Below, one piece after another: positions 37,595-50,522 of a stretch of DNA of 63,598 bases. Within the stretch, counting starts at the first letter, position 1, and the number at the start of each line of letters is the position of its first letter. Where the stretch lies: NCBI RefSeq assembly GCF_001194135.2, contig NC_068981.1, positions 150,786,212-150,849,809 of the forward strand. The letters run 5' to 3'. This DNA is from Octopus bimaculoides (Eukaryota). Below the pieces are notes generated by a model. It saw only the letters and a list, made by a program, of their open reading frames with translations, ran no database searches and had not been told where the DNA came from. Position numbers and translations under genes: made by a program.

Positions 37595-38574
37595 CAGTAC
37601 AGAATGATAGAAGATGGTATGAACTCCATCCAGAAGCCTCAACTCAGACAACCCATCTGGAAAGTCATACATTAAACACTGATATAGGGGAAACAGAAAT
37701 GTCTAGTCCTGACAGACAGCGTCATTACTGTTGGTTGTTTTAATAACATGCATACATTCCATGCTGTAAAATGGTTGGTGATAGGAAAGGCATTCAGCTG
37801 TAGAAACCTTATCAGAAGAACAAGGCAATTTATTTCCCCTTTGTTGCAGTGCATGTGTGTGTGCATGCACACGCCTGATGATAAAGGACTGCAGCAGGAG
37901 ATGAGACAGTTTGAGACATGTCTATTTCTAGAAATTCTTTTCCGGTTTTTATGCCATGCTTACCTAGAAAAAGGGGAAGAAAAAGGGGAAGAAAAAGGGG
38001 AAGAAAAAGGTGGGTGGGGGTAAAAATATAAATGTAGGAATTATAACTCATAACTGAAGCAAAAATTGATGGTGGAGTAGGTGATAAAAGCTTGATGAAT
38101 GATAGACACGATGTGGATTACATAGTTTGACATAGTTGACTGATTAGTGACAGATGCGAGAGTGAGAAAGGCAAATCAGTCAAAGTCAAACAAGCATGGA
38201 AAAGCTGATACAATATGAAATAATGATGAATCTTTCTGTCTATGGGGAATATCAACACATTAATGATTTATAATGACATTTCAGTATCTCTCTTTACCTA
38301 AAGGTCATTATCACCATCATCAACACACTTGTGTTTGTCTGTATGTGTGTGTGTGCATGAGGAAAAGAGAAAGAGAGGGAAAGAGAGAGAGTGTTTGTGT
38401 GCGTGTGCATGCACGCATGCATGTGCATCTCTCTCTCTCTCTCTAGCCACTTCCTCTCCTGATTCCATTATATTTTTTATATAAACCTTAATTATACCAT
38501 TCCACATTTTCTCAATAGACCACCAGCTGTGTTTTGCACCCCCCCCCCTACCATCTGTAACATTTATTAATGTT

Positions 38575-38985
38575 TTTTTCTTTTACTTGTTTTAGTCACA
38601 GAACTGCAGTCATGCTGGGGCACCAACTTGAAGGATTTAGTCAAACAAATTGACTCCAGGACTTATTTTTAAGTCTGGTACTTATTCTATTGGTCTCTTT
38701 TGCCAAACTGCTATATTACAAGGACATAAACAAACCAGTGTTGGTTATCAAGTAACAGTGGGGGACCAACACAAAATAGGCACACACAAACGACGCTGCT
38801 GCCGACGACAACGCCCACAACAACAGGTTTCCACACAATTTCCATCTATCAAATTCACCCACAAGGTATTGGTTGACTTGGGGCTATAAAAGAAAAAAAT
38901 TGCCCAAGGTTCCACATAGAAAGACTGAACTCTAAGTCACATGGTTACAAAGTAAGCTTCTTAACCACACAGCCATGTTTGGAGA
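38575..38985 (-). mobile_element. bipartite SINE with an (ACG/ACA)-type centre
   Basis: Both halves present; centre CGACGCTGCTGCCGACGACAACGCCCACAACAAC. Confidence 0.75.
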
Positions 38986-39839
38986 CAACAAGGAAACCTT
39001 TATGCATGATCACTCACCATGCTAGAATTAGCAACTGAAGCCTAGTCAAATCATATCCTAACTGCTTGAATAAGGAACAAACGTAAGATAATGCAATACT
39101 TCAAAGAAATGGTCACAGCTGCAATGCCTCTGGTCATGTCCACTTGAGCAGACCTAATATAGAGTTAAACAACAATAAATGTAACTTCAAATAATACTAT
39201 CATTCAAATGTTCACATCTCTACTAAGCAAGTTTTCTTTTAATGAACTATATTTGCTATCCCAGTTACCAGATGCTCACTTCCATTTCATTCATGGCTCT
39301 TTATTCTGTTTGAGTTTTGTACCTTGACAGTTTTGGATGCTCATCTTGTACTTTGCAAGTTTTTCCCTGGCACTCAATCACTACCTTCTTCACCTCCTTC
39401 ACAACTACTCCCACCCCTATACAATGCAGAATAGCCATGTATCTGCTCCATAATAAGACACCTGAGCTTCCCCACACTTAGTAGCAGGAGCATTACCTTT
39501 TTCCTATTCTTTTTCTTTATCCTGTAAGTTACTTAGCAACCTGACTAGTGCCAGTGGTATTTTAAAAAAAAGCACTCACAACACACTAGTGTGGTTGGCA
39601 ATAGGAAGGGTATCTAGTCATAGAAACTGTGCCAAAACTGACATTGGAACACTGCAGAGCCCTGTGGATCACCAAATCCTATCAAACAGTCCAACCTTTG
39701 TTAGCACGGAAAACAAAAATGGTTGTTATACTATGATCTTAATGACAGACAGAAATCCATGAATGTCTTGAGTTCCATTATAATTTTTCAAGCTAATAAT
39801 AGGGTATTTCATATCAAGATATCAGCTCTATCTGTTATT

Positions 39840-40150
39840 ATTTACTTGTTTCTGTCATTGCACCACATTGAAGAATTTAGCCAAATAAATGAACTCGCCC
39901 AACTGCTAAGTTACAGGGACATAAACCAACACCAGTTGTCAAGTAGTGGGGACAACAAACACAAAGACAAATACACACACACACATATGATGGTCTTTCA
40001 CATAGTTTCCATCTATAAAATTCACTCATAAGGCATCAGTTAACTTGGGGCTATAACAGAAGACGCTTACCCAAGGTCTTGCAGTGGGACTGAACCCAAA
40101 ACCATGTGGTTTCAAAGCAAGCTCCTTAACCACACTTGTCATGCCTGCAT
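39840..40150 (-). mobile_element. bipartite SINE with a short (CA)n centre
   Basis: Both halves are recognisable. Confidence 0.75.
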
Positions 40151-40568
40151 TTATGCACAATTAATTATGGGAAGTTAATGATAGGCATTGTCTAGGGACT
40201 CCCACTTGCACCCATTAATACTATAATGTCCAGTCAAGCAGTGACAGCAATACAGTGTCTGGAGGTACAGCATAGTCAGGGCAGGCATAGCTGTGTGGGG
40301 AAGAAGTTTGTTTTGCAACCACGTAGTTTTAGTTTCAATTTCTCTGCATGACATTTTGAGCAAGTATCTTCAATTAAATCCTTTCCAGTAAAATTCTGTA
40401 GAAAGAAACTGGACGGTAGGCTTAATCAGCTGTTTGGTCTAAGTCAGTTGTATCACTCTGTTGCAAAATTTCAGACTAAGTCTTTAGAGTGATATCTCTC
40501 TTCTTCTAACCAATTTTCTGAGGAGCTGAAAAGGATCACAAGTGCTGCTTTTCTTCATTTCAGAAAAT

Positions 40569-40763
40569 GATAGTGGCTCAGATGCTAAGGGATTAATTAG
40601 ACTACTGGCTTCATAGTCAGAAGTTCAAATCTTATAACCACAATGATTTTTTTTTTTTTTTCAGAAAATCATAAAAGGGGGGGAAAAAATCACTGTGGTT
40701 ATAAGATTTGAACTCCTGACTATGAAGCCAGTAGTCTAATCCCTTAACATCAGAGCTATTGTC
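40569..40763. repeat. foldback: about 70-bp near-perfect inverted arms with a 30-bp spacer, arms tRNA-like
   Basis: 40581-40652 versus the reverse complement of 40684-40751 differ by 3 substitutions and one 4-nt indel. Confidence 0.95.
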
Positions 40764-42300
40764 CCATCTAGAGGATTACAATTCATGCCATTTCTCTACA
40801 GGTTTTAGCTGCTTTTTTAAACCAGTTCAAGTAACATACCCTGGTATCAACAGAAAATTTAAATACATTAGTGTAATATTAAATGATATAGATCAACACT
40901 ATCTTTCTGCAATAAATACTGTAATATGTGCAACAATGTCTTGCTAAACGCTAACTAATTGACCATTTCATGCTGTAGCTGTATGTTTAATCATCTGATT
41001 TTTATGCTTATTTACAGATTGGCAAGCAAAGAACAGTGATAGAGATAATCAAATCACGAACCATTAGTATTACCCATAGCAGAACAGTTGCAACCAAAAT
41101 AGAATCACTGAATAAATAAAGATTGCCTGATTAACTAGAAGCATTTTTAGTATCAATTGGCTGCTATATATAGTAAAAGCAAAGCTATTTTCCACCACCA
41201 AGGAAAATAAGTATTGTTCTTGATGGAAAATATGTTGATTAAAAATAAGATTCACTAGAAAAGAAAAAAAAAAATCAATCATTACATTTACAGCTGCCAT
41301 CGTAAGTAGTATTGTTTTGTCTCTAATAACTAAAACTACTATAATCAAAAATATAGGGAGCCACTATGTGGTTACCTAGCATGATAGAAACAGTAGCAAA
41401 ATCTACCTCAAATCTATTATTTAAAATAAAGTAAGTATAAATAAGGTATTCCTAGATACACTGTTCTTGAATAAAAGATGGGATGGTCACAAGTGGAACA
41501 ATGTTGAGCATAGGTCTGAAAAATCAGGCTGACCTGAAAATAAACAACTACCCAATTGTAACTAATTAGTAAACAGCTAGGATACCTGTAACTCAATCAT
41601 TAGCTTAACGAAAGAGAAGGAATTGCTCCAGTTCAGTAGTGTTTGAAATGCTTTGATGAATACAGAATTAGGCAAACAAAAATTTCAAGTACCCCCTTCT
41701 GTGCATCTTCTACATAATTATTTTTCCTTGTCAGTCTACTTGTGATCCCACTAGACCTTTTGTGTACCCATAGCATATAACAGCTACACCATATGGAATT
41801 GCTACTGAACACCTCTTCTGCAAATGGCCATTTTCCAGACATTAAGCATTCCCATGGCCACTTTCCATATTTATTATTCTTATACAAGAATGTTATTGAC
41901 AGTGACTCTGAAGTTTTAACCAGCAAAGCTTCTGTTGACAGTCTGATGATAGCTTAATTGGTGAAAACTTTGAAGACACAGTCCACAACTTTCTTGTAAA
42001 AGAATTATATACATACTCTATGGAGTGACCCATCAGCTTAATACTAAATTGTTTTATCATCACTGAACATAAAAACAAACGTGCGTGTGCGTGTGTGTGT
42101 GTGTGTGTGCGTGAGTGAGAGAAATATAGATACACATGTGTACGCAGATAGATAAGTGTGGGCATGACTGTGTGGCTGAGAAGCTTGCTTTCCAACCAAG
42201 TGGTCTTGATTTCAGTCCCACTGTAATCTACTACAGTCCTGGGCCAACAAAAGACATGTGCATAGATTTGGTAGACAGAAACTGGAAGAGGCCTGCTATC

Positions 42301-42344
<44 letters not shown>

Positions 42345-42665
42345 ATATATATGAGTGTCTGCATACCCTTGTCTTTACATATAAATATATGTACATATAA
42401 ATATATGTACATATAAATGCATATATATATATCTATATACATATATACACATACATACATACATACACATAAATGCACATATACACCTACACATATATAG
42501 GTGAACATGTATACACACCTAGATACAAATACACACTCACAATATACACTACCCACAAAATCACTTAGACACACATATATACCTGACACATCCTTGTAGA
42601 CATAGTTCGTGGCATAGTAAAAATATACCCATATTCAGAATATATTTCACTACCACTACAATGAC

Positions 42666-42711
<46 letters not shown>

Positions 42712-42859
42712 GGTTTTGATATCGTGAGGATGAATAAAATGCATTTCAAAAATTTGGGTATTTCATGTCTTTCTTTCTCTCAGGTATCAATTATTGATTC
42801 CTTATGGAAATATGTCCTCTTTTCTTCCAATAACCCCTCTACCCCATATCATCTCCTCA

Positions 42860-42899
<40 letters not shown>

Positions 42900-42909
42900 N
42901 NNNNNNNNN

Positions 42910-42944
<35 letters not shown>

Positions 42945-43447
42945 CAGTCAGAAATCAGGAGAGCACAGCTTTGTAGTAACTGTATCAAAAATTATTGGAC
43001 TATGAAATTCCAGCACTGATTAATTGTAGTAGTCAGCATATTTGTTGTTGCTGTTGTTGATTTATATCTTATTTTTCTTCTTTTTTTTTTGCTGCAGTGA
43101 CTCACAGAAGAAATATGCATCTGAGCAGCAGTTAACTAGGGACACTATAAGGGTAAACTGTGTCTTCTCATCTCCTTCCCACCAGCCCCCTACACATTCT
43201 GATGCACCTACCACATGCTTTAAGCTTCTGAATGCCATTCTCATCCCGTTCCATCCACCAACCTATCCCCAAAACATGATCATCTCACCAAAACAAAGTA
43301 AGAAGGGAAGCTAAAAGATCAGAAAGAATACAAGACGCATGTAAAAAATAAATAACAAAAGATTAAACAAGACAAAAAAATTCACATTAGCGCAGTGATG
43401 TGTTATTAGATTAGTAGAAAGAGGAAATACAAAAATTCTTTCCTGTT

Positions 43448-43592
43448 TTATTATGGAAACAGTCAATAATACAAGTGTATCAAGTGTTTTTGCATGGACG
43501 TGTTGAAAGATAAAAATTCCTCAACATTAAAATGGTAGGAATCTCTTTATATATTAATAATGCAAATATTAATGATAAATAATAATAATAAT
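43448..43592 (+). repeat. direct repeat copy 1 (145 bp, identical to 45584-45728)
   Basis: Base-by-base reading, offset 2136, no mismatch seen. Confidence 0.95.
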
Positions 43593-43828
43593 GATGATGA
43601 TGATGATGATGATGATAATAATAATCATAATAAATGCCCTGATGCAATACCAGGCAGTGGCTCTCATGGCTTCTGATCTAAACTTATTGGAAATGTTAAC
43701 ATGTATATGTTTTGCCTTGATGTAAAAGATGGGATGCAACAAATATTCTGCTCAATACTACAGATCCGCCTGTCAGTTGATTGACCTTCATTGTCGAGCA
43801 TGTTTCCAAGCGGCTGATGACAAGCAGG
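43593..43828 (-). mobile_element. probable non-LTR retroelement 3' end with (ATT/ATC)n tail
   Basis: Minus strand ends ...GAGAGCCACTGCCTGGTATTGCATCAGGGCATT followed by (ATT)n(ATC)n. The family is recalled as a common octopus repeat; the clade is not determined. Confidence 0.55.
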
Positions 43829-43830
43829 TG

Positions 43831-45457
43831 TACTGTATATACTCGGCTACAAGTCGCACTTTTTCTCCCTGAAATTTTCACCTCAAGTTGTGCTTATAAG
43901 TCTTATAAAAAAAAAATCTTCAGATATTTTCTTGGTACAAGTGACATCTGAAGTTCTTATACTTGGAATAACCATAAAAACCTGAATCGCTAATTCCAAA
44001 GCCATGAAATAGACAAAAGATAATCTTTATATATTTCTTTACTTTTGTTAGTGTGAAATAATTTTTAAAAGTGAGTTTAATGCTTGTTTGTTTTTGTACC
44101 ATACCTGTCTTTTTTAATTCAATGCCATGTTATTTGTTAACATGAAGAGAAAGAGGAATTCATATCATATTACTTTCAAGCCGAAAGTTGTTGAATATGT
44201 GAAGTTGCATTCAAATCGAGCTGCAGAAAGAGAATTTGGGACCTCAGAAAAAATGGTCAGGGATTGGCGTTTGAAAGAGGAGAAAATGAAATGACATCAA
44301 ATTGTTTAAGAAGTTAGGATAGGAATGAGTCCCAATGAGGAGATGGAGACTATTCTGAGAGACTAGGTGACTGAACTACACACGAATGGATTTGTCATCA
44401 CAAGAAACATCATCAGATTGTGGGCTCTTCAAGTGACTAAAGAACATGGTATATCCAACTTTAAAACATCCCCTGATTAGTGTACGAGGTTTATGAAATG
44501 CCATAATCTTATGCTAAGACAGAGGACTGACACTGTACAGAAATTACCTACTAACATACAGAACAAAGTTGATTCCTTCCAGCAGTCTATGATAAACCTA
44601 CAAAAGAGCTACGAGTGTACCTTGGAAGCAATTGGTAATATAGATGAAACACCCCATTTTTTCGATATGGATGGAACTCGGACAGTTGACGTTAAAGGGA
44701 AAAACAACAATTTTGGTAAAAACTATGGAGAACGACAAGGCCCACTTCACCGCAATTTTGGCTTGTATGATTGACAGTACGAAACTTACCCCGGCTGTTG
44801 TTTTCAAAAGAAAGACTTCCCCGAAAAAAAGTTTCTGAAGGGCATAGTGGTATATATTTTCAGGAGAATGGGTGGACGGATGAACCCATACTGACAAACT
44901 GGTTAAATGACATGTAGTTCAAGCACCCAGGGGCTATGCTTAATTCAAAGTTACATCTTCTATGGGATATGTTTAGGGCTCATCTGATCGGCAGCATAAA
45001 AAATAGATTAAAGGAGCATTATACCTACCAAGCTGTGCTTTCAGATGGATGTACATCTGTGCTTCAGCCACTCAACGTGTCAGTGAACAAGCCTTTTAAG
45101 GTGGACATGTGTGCCAAGTGGAATGAAGGAATGATTAATGGTGACAAGGAAATGACCAAGGCTGGGAACTTTAAATGCCCTGACCTTAAGACTGTTTGTC
45201 AGTAGGCGATAGATTCCCTGGCTGAAATACCAAGTGAACTTGTGATGGAATCATTTTTGAAGTGCAAGATCTCAAATTCCATGGATGGTATGGAGGATGA
45301 CGAGCTATATAATGGCTGCACTTGTGCAGGAAATGTTAGCCCCAGTGCTTCATCAGTTAATGAAGACCAGACAAGTGAAGACGAAGATCAGGGTGCATAT
45401 GACAAGACCATCACAACTGAGGAATTTTACCAGTTATTTAGTGAAAGTGATGATTAG
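43831..45457 (+). mobile_element. decayed pogo-superfamily (POGK-like) DNA transposon, right TIR absent; transposase relic 44142-45457
   Basis: Left end TA-CTGTATATACTCGG. 44142 encodes a Brinker-type DBD MKRKRNSYHITFKPKVVEYVKLHSNRAAEREFG..EKMVRDW, followed by a CENP-B-like HTH and DDE_1 motifs IGNIDETP, LLWDMFRAH and LQPLNVSVNKPFK. Several stops and frameshifts. Confidence 0.9.
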
Positions 45458-45583
45458 TATAACTCAGGGCCGTTGCATGACTTTTAGAGGCCCCCTACAA
45501 CTTCTTGTTTCAAGGCCCCATCTCTTCAATCAAAATTCATAATCTACACACCTTTATTATCTTCAAAAATTAAACATAGTCCC

Positions 45584-45728
45584 TTATTATGGAAACAGTC
45601 AATAATACAAGTGTATCAAGTGTTTTTGCATGGACGTGTTGAAAGATAAAAATTCCTCAACATTAAAATGGTAGGAATCTCTTTATATATTAATAATGCA
45701 AATATTAATGATAAATAATAATAATAAT
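45584..45728 (+). repeat. direct repeat copy 2
   Basis: Identical to 43448-43592. Confidence 0.95.
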
Positions 45729-45944
45729 AATGATAATAATAATAATAAAAATTAAGAATAATAATGATAATATTTTAGAATTATCACAGCACTCTGCTGT
45801 GATGATTATAAAATACAACACATCAAAAAACTAATAGTATATCTTTTTTCTACTCCCCTGTACATAGACAGATACAAACACATACATACACACAAACTTC
45901 TCTGTGCGTGTGTGCCAGCTCTTCACCTAAGTAATAATAATAAT

Positions 45945-46785
45945 CCTTTCTACTATAGGCACAAGGCCTGAAATTCTAGGAGAGGGGCTAGTCAATAACA
46001 TTGATAACAGTATTTCACTATTATTTATTTCATCAACCCCAAAATGATGAAAGGCAAAGTTGACCTCAGTGGAATTTGAACTCAAAACATAAAGACGGAC
46101 CAAATGCTGCTAAGCATCTTGTCTACCATGCAAGCAATTCTGCTAACTCACTGCCTTAACGATAATAATAATAATAATAACCCTTCCTACTCTCAGCACA
46201 AGGAAGCATTTTGTCTGGTGTGCTAACAATTCTGACAGCTTGCCACCTTAATAATAATCATAACAATAATGATCATTTATATATGAATATACATTCACAA
46301 ACCTCCATATACAGATTTACACAAAGACTTTTTGAGACTTCAGCAGCAGAAAGTGTTGAAATTTGAAGCAGAGGGAAATTTTACACGTAGCTTGTTTACA
46401 TCCCTGTAACTTAGTGTTTTGGCAAAAGAATACCGATTGAATAATTACCAGACTTTAAAAATGAGTACTGGGGTCAATTCATTCAACTAGACCCCAGCAT
46501 GATTACAGCCCAGTGACTGAATCAAGTAAAAGATAAAGCAGTGTATTTCAACTGAAAAGGGTTAAGAAGAGATAATCCTTTCTACTAAAGGCACAAGGCC
46601 TGAAATTTATGGGTAGGGTATTTAGTCGATTACATTGACCCCAGTGTTTCACTGGTACTTAATTTATCGACCCCAAGAGGATGAAAGGCAAAGTCGACCT
46701 TGGCAGAATCTGAACTCAGAATGTAACAACAGACAAAATACTGCTAAGTATTTCGTCCAGCGTGCTAACAATTCTGCCACAAGAG
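45945..46785 (-). mobile_element. cluster of OK-type SINEs (about 45945-46160, 46180-46255, 46570-46785) with a SINE 3' half between
   Basis: Repeated TAATCCTTTCTACTA.AGGCACAAGGCCTGAAATT and ATGAAAGGCAAAGT.GACC. Confidence 0.75.
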
Positions 46786-46907
46786 TTAAATCTAGAAACT
46801 CTCTAATGAAGCCTTAAAGTGCTGACAACTGACAACACCATTATAAATTCATAGCTCACAACAGCCATTTTGTTGATACTGTTTAACCCTAGGGACTCCT
46901 CTACAGA

Positions 46908-47135
46908 TTAACCCTTTCAAGACCAACCTGTCTGAGACTACCCCAGGTTCTATGACATCAACTTAGTGTTTTAGATTTATCTAAATTATAATCTTACATT
47001 AAAATTTTATGCTAATTTGTTCCAGACCTCAGCTTAATAATGAGAAAGTTATTTTAATAAATTCATCACAGTTTTTAAAATTAATCGAAACAAAGGTAGC
47101 AGATGTTGACAAGAATATGGTAACAAAAGGGTTAA
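46908..47135. mobile_element. piggyBac-like MITE
   Basis: TTAACCCTTT...AAAGGGTTAA termini with TTAA at both ends. Confidence 0.75.
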
Positions 47136-47667
47136 GGCAACTTCTACACCAAATATCCTTCAAATTAACTCCTGCCATTTTTAAAAAAACCAAGAACACA
47201 TTGAATAATGTAGTCTAGATAGATACATCCCTTGATTACACATAAGCTCAGTCAATGGTAATCTGAAACTAAACCACAACAATAAATTGCAAGTAAATAT
47301 GAAACCTGTTTCTGTCAGTTAGAAAGCTGAAGTAAAAATGGATTTCAATCCTGAATCAAGACTGACTGTCTCAAGTTTTCAGTTGGATAAGTTTTATGGC
47401 AAATGCCAGTGATTTCAGGCAACAAACCATATGAAAACTTTGATAAATGACTGGTTTAATGGGGTTTTCTTTTCAATGTTTTTTTATTTAAGATATTGAA
47501 TAAAACGTGATTTTTTTCCCATGTATGATGCCATTATATAAAATAGCAGAAACAGCACCTTCCAGGTAGATTTTCCACTAGTTCATGTAATACATTGTCA
47601 TATTGTAACACACACACAGAGGGAGAGAGAGAGAGAGAAACAGACAGACAAACACAGAGAGAGAGAC

Positions 47668-47720
<53 letters not shown>

Positions 47721-48139
47721 GATTTGTCCAATTTGTATTTTCCTATTGTAAGATGGTATGGTGGGATTTGATCGAAATTTGGCTGTTATTTATAATAGAC
47801 AAGTCACAATGGCTTTTGTAATTGTGTGTGTGTACATTATTTCATATTTTTGTATGTATAAACTACATTTTCCAAAGTGTTTGTCCTAATCTAAGAAGCT
47901 TCAAGTGTAATTTGATGGAAATGTAGCTGCTATTTCTAGGTGGTTGAGTGACCATGTGAAAGCCCTCTTTTGATGATTCAAAGTTAACTTCCTTGTATAG
48001 TTCTAAAGTCAATCACGCTCAAAGAAAACTTAGACAAACAACATTCCAGTCAAACCAATCCTATTATTTTCTATATCAAAAACTATATTATTCAGTATAA
48101 ACTTATTTAAGATAGGAAAGGGTGATTTCTGAGTTTGAG

Positions 48140-49715
48140 GAAGACCATTGCTGACCTTCAGGAACATTGTGCGTTCTAGAACTAATTTATATTTTGCATC
48201 TGCAGCTCCATTAGTTGCAAATGAGCCCTACTCTTGACAAGCATACACGACTACAAACATTGCAAACCAAGCTTTCCCCATTCACTATGTTAGCAGTGTG
48301 CTTTCGAGCAGGACACTTAAATTTTTCATGAAGAATATGTGCTTTTCCAAGGGTGTCAACCCCCTCCTTAACCTGCCTCTTCCATCTGTGGCGATAACAG
48401 GCACTACTTTCCCAGTCGGTCTCTTGCATATCACAGGCCTTTAACGAGGACTTGACACAGTCCTTAAATCGCAGCCTTGGTTTCTGCCGGGCTCTTTTTC
48501 CACTAACTAGTTCCCCATATAGCATCTGTTTAAGGATTCTGCCATCCTTCATTTTAATAGGATATCCAGTCCAATGTAACCAGTGCTTGTGCACCATTGC
48601 CTCAATACTCAAGATATCAGCTTTCCTCAAGACTTGTGCCTGGAGTTTTTAAGGTCCAGCCAACATTCAGAATGTGTCTCAGACATCTCTGATGGAATTG
48701 TTCAAGGACCTTTACATGACATTTATAAAGGGTCCATATCTCACATAAGTAAAGGAGCGATGACAGTACACATGCACAGTATACAGCAATTTTTGTTTTC
48801 CTTGTGATGCCATGCTGGGACCAGACACGAGATTCAAGAGACTGGAAGGAATCAGTTGCTCTCTGCAGCCTGAAAGATATTTCATCATCCAGGGAGCAAG
48901 AACGGCTGAACGTACTACCCAGGTAGACTGATGCAGAGCTCTTAGGCCCATAAACTTGCTTCATAAGATGGTAAAGCTTCTTGCTGTCATTTGCATCAGC
49001 AGCCTAAACATCACGAGCAAGATCCTCCAAGTGCTCTGCATCGTCTTGAGAGACCGCTGCAATAGTGATTTTACATTGCTATAGTGAGCAAGTGTTAGAT
49101 TTCACTCTGTGAAGCAATACATTGTGGGCATGGCACTTTACAACCAATAGTTACTGAACTTCATTCAGTATCATTTTCATCAAACCAGTGTGTGTCTGGC
49201 AGTAGAATATCCCAGTGTTTCAGCAGCACATTGAAGAACCTGGTCTTGAAAACCTTCCCATACTGTAGTATTTTCAATGCTGGACAAGCGAGTCTGAAGC
49301 TCTTTCTTCAACACAGTATCATATATCTTGTGGACATTCAGACGCTGAGGAATATCAACTGGCCCTCTTCTCTCTTTCTATCATCAGAAACTCTGCATGC
49401 ACCAGACTGGTCTGTCTGACATTTCGATCCATGAATGGACTTGACATTACAAATGTCATGGATGTCATGCTTGCAGATAATGACATAATCCAGCAAGTGC
49501 CAAACTTTAGACCTTGGATGCATCCACATTGTTGTGTGATCACCTTTGTGCATAAAATGAGTGCTTGTGATGTAAAGGCCATGTTCATCGCAAAGCTCCA
49601 GCAGCATGAGACCATTGCTATTCATTTTCCCTACACCAAAACATCCTAGAGAGTTGAATGTTTGCTAGTCTGCTCCAACCCTGGCATTAATACCAGTCAA
49701 AACTTCATGTTAACT
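48140..49715 (-). mobile_element. RTE-clade LINE remnant: AP endonuclease, linker and C-terminus; RT core deleted
   Basis: EN motifs NARVG, NSNGLMLLELC and WMHPRSKVWHLLDYVI; linker AADANDSKKLYHLMKQVYGPK; then YLGS..LDDEISFRLQRA, LYGEL..GKR..KPRLRFKD and a terminal C.VCSR.C zinc finger. Confidence 0.9.
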
Positions 49716-49744
49716 TATGTTCTAAGCACTAACTTAAAATGACA

Positions 49745-49915
49745 AGTCTGGCGTTAGGAACGGCATCCTGTTGTAGAAAGCATGCCAAAGCAGACTGTGG
49801 AGCCTAGTGCAGTCTTCTGACTTGCCAGCTCCTGTCAAACCATCCAACCCATGCCAATATGGAAAACGGATGCTAAATGAAGATGATGATGATGATGGTA
49901 GTGGTGATGATGATG
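49745..49915 (+). mobile_element. RTE-type 3' end with (GAT)n tail
   Basis: GGCGTTAGGAACGGCATCC..CAAACCATCCAACCCATGCC..(GAT)n. Confidence 0.75.
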
Positions 49916-50522
49916 TTGACAAACATATCTGGTGGTATTTAAAACATACTTCTTTTTCCATGAAAAATATCGCAAAAACAAAATCACCCCAAGACCTATA
50001 TGTAAAGTTGGGCTACCTATAAGTTGTTACATAGTTTCATACACTAGAAAATTATTTTCCTGAATATGAACTGCTGAAAATAGGATATTCTTAATATGTC
50101 CATGCAACTCTTATGCCATCAAATGTGGTGATTTCATTATCTTCAAAATGATTTGAAACAAAGCAGTGAATTTGAATGACTGAGTTAAACTTGTTAATGC
50201 TTAATGCATCACAATCTTCATATGTCTCATAAAACTAAGGGCATGAATGAATTTGGAAGGCAGAAGTTCCATTAATATGTGCATGTGTATGAGAGAAAGT
50301 GTTTATGCCTCCTTTGACAGATGGAAGGGAAAATATGCTTTCAATTTTTAAAACCTTTCATGTTTTTAAAAATGGGGCCAAATTTTATATAGAAGCTTAC
50401 CAAATCTAAATCCAGCAATGCACTTAGTCCTCCGGGATTGATAAAATTAGTACCAGTAAGATACTAGAGGTGATTTCCCTGAGTAGCTTGAGAGACTCGA
50501 TGTACCCATCTAACAAAATTTA

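Noticed and set aside
37307-37675. 122-aa poly-K/R/E ORF and antisense poly-F/L/S ORFs
   Set aside because: Translation of a (GAA)n tract.
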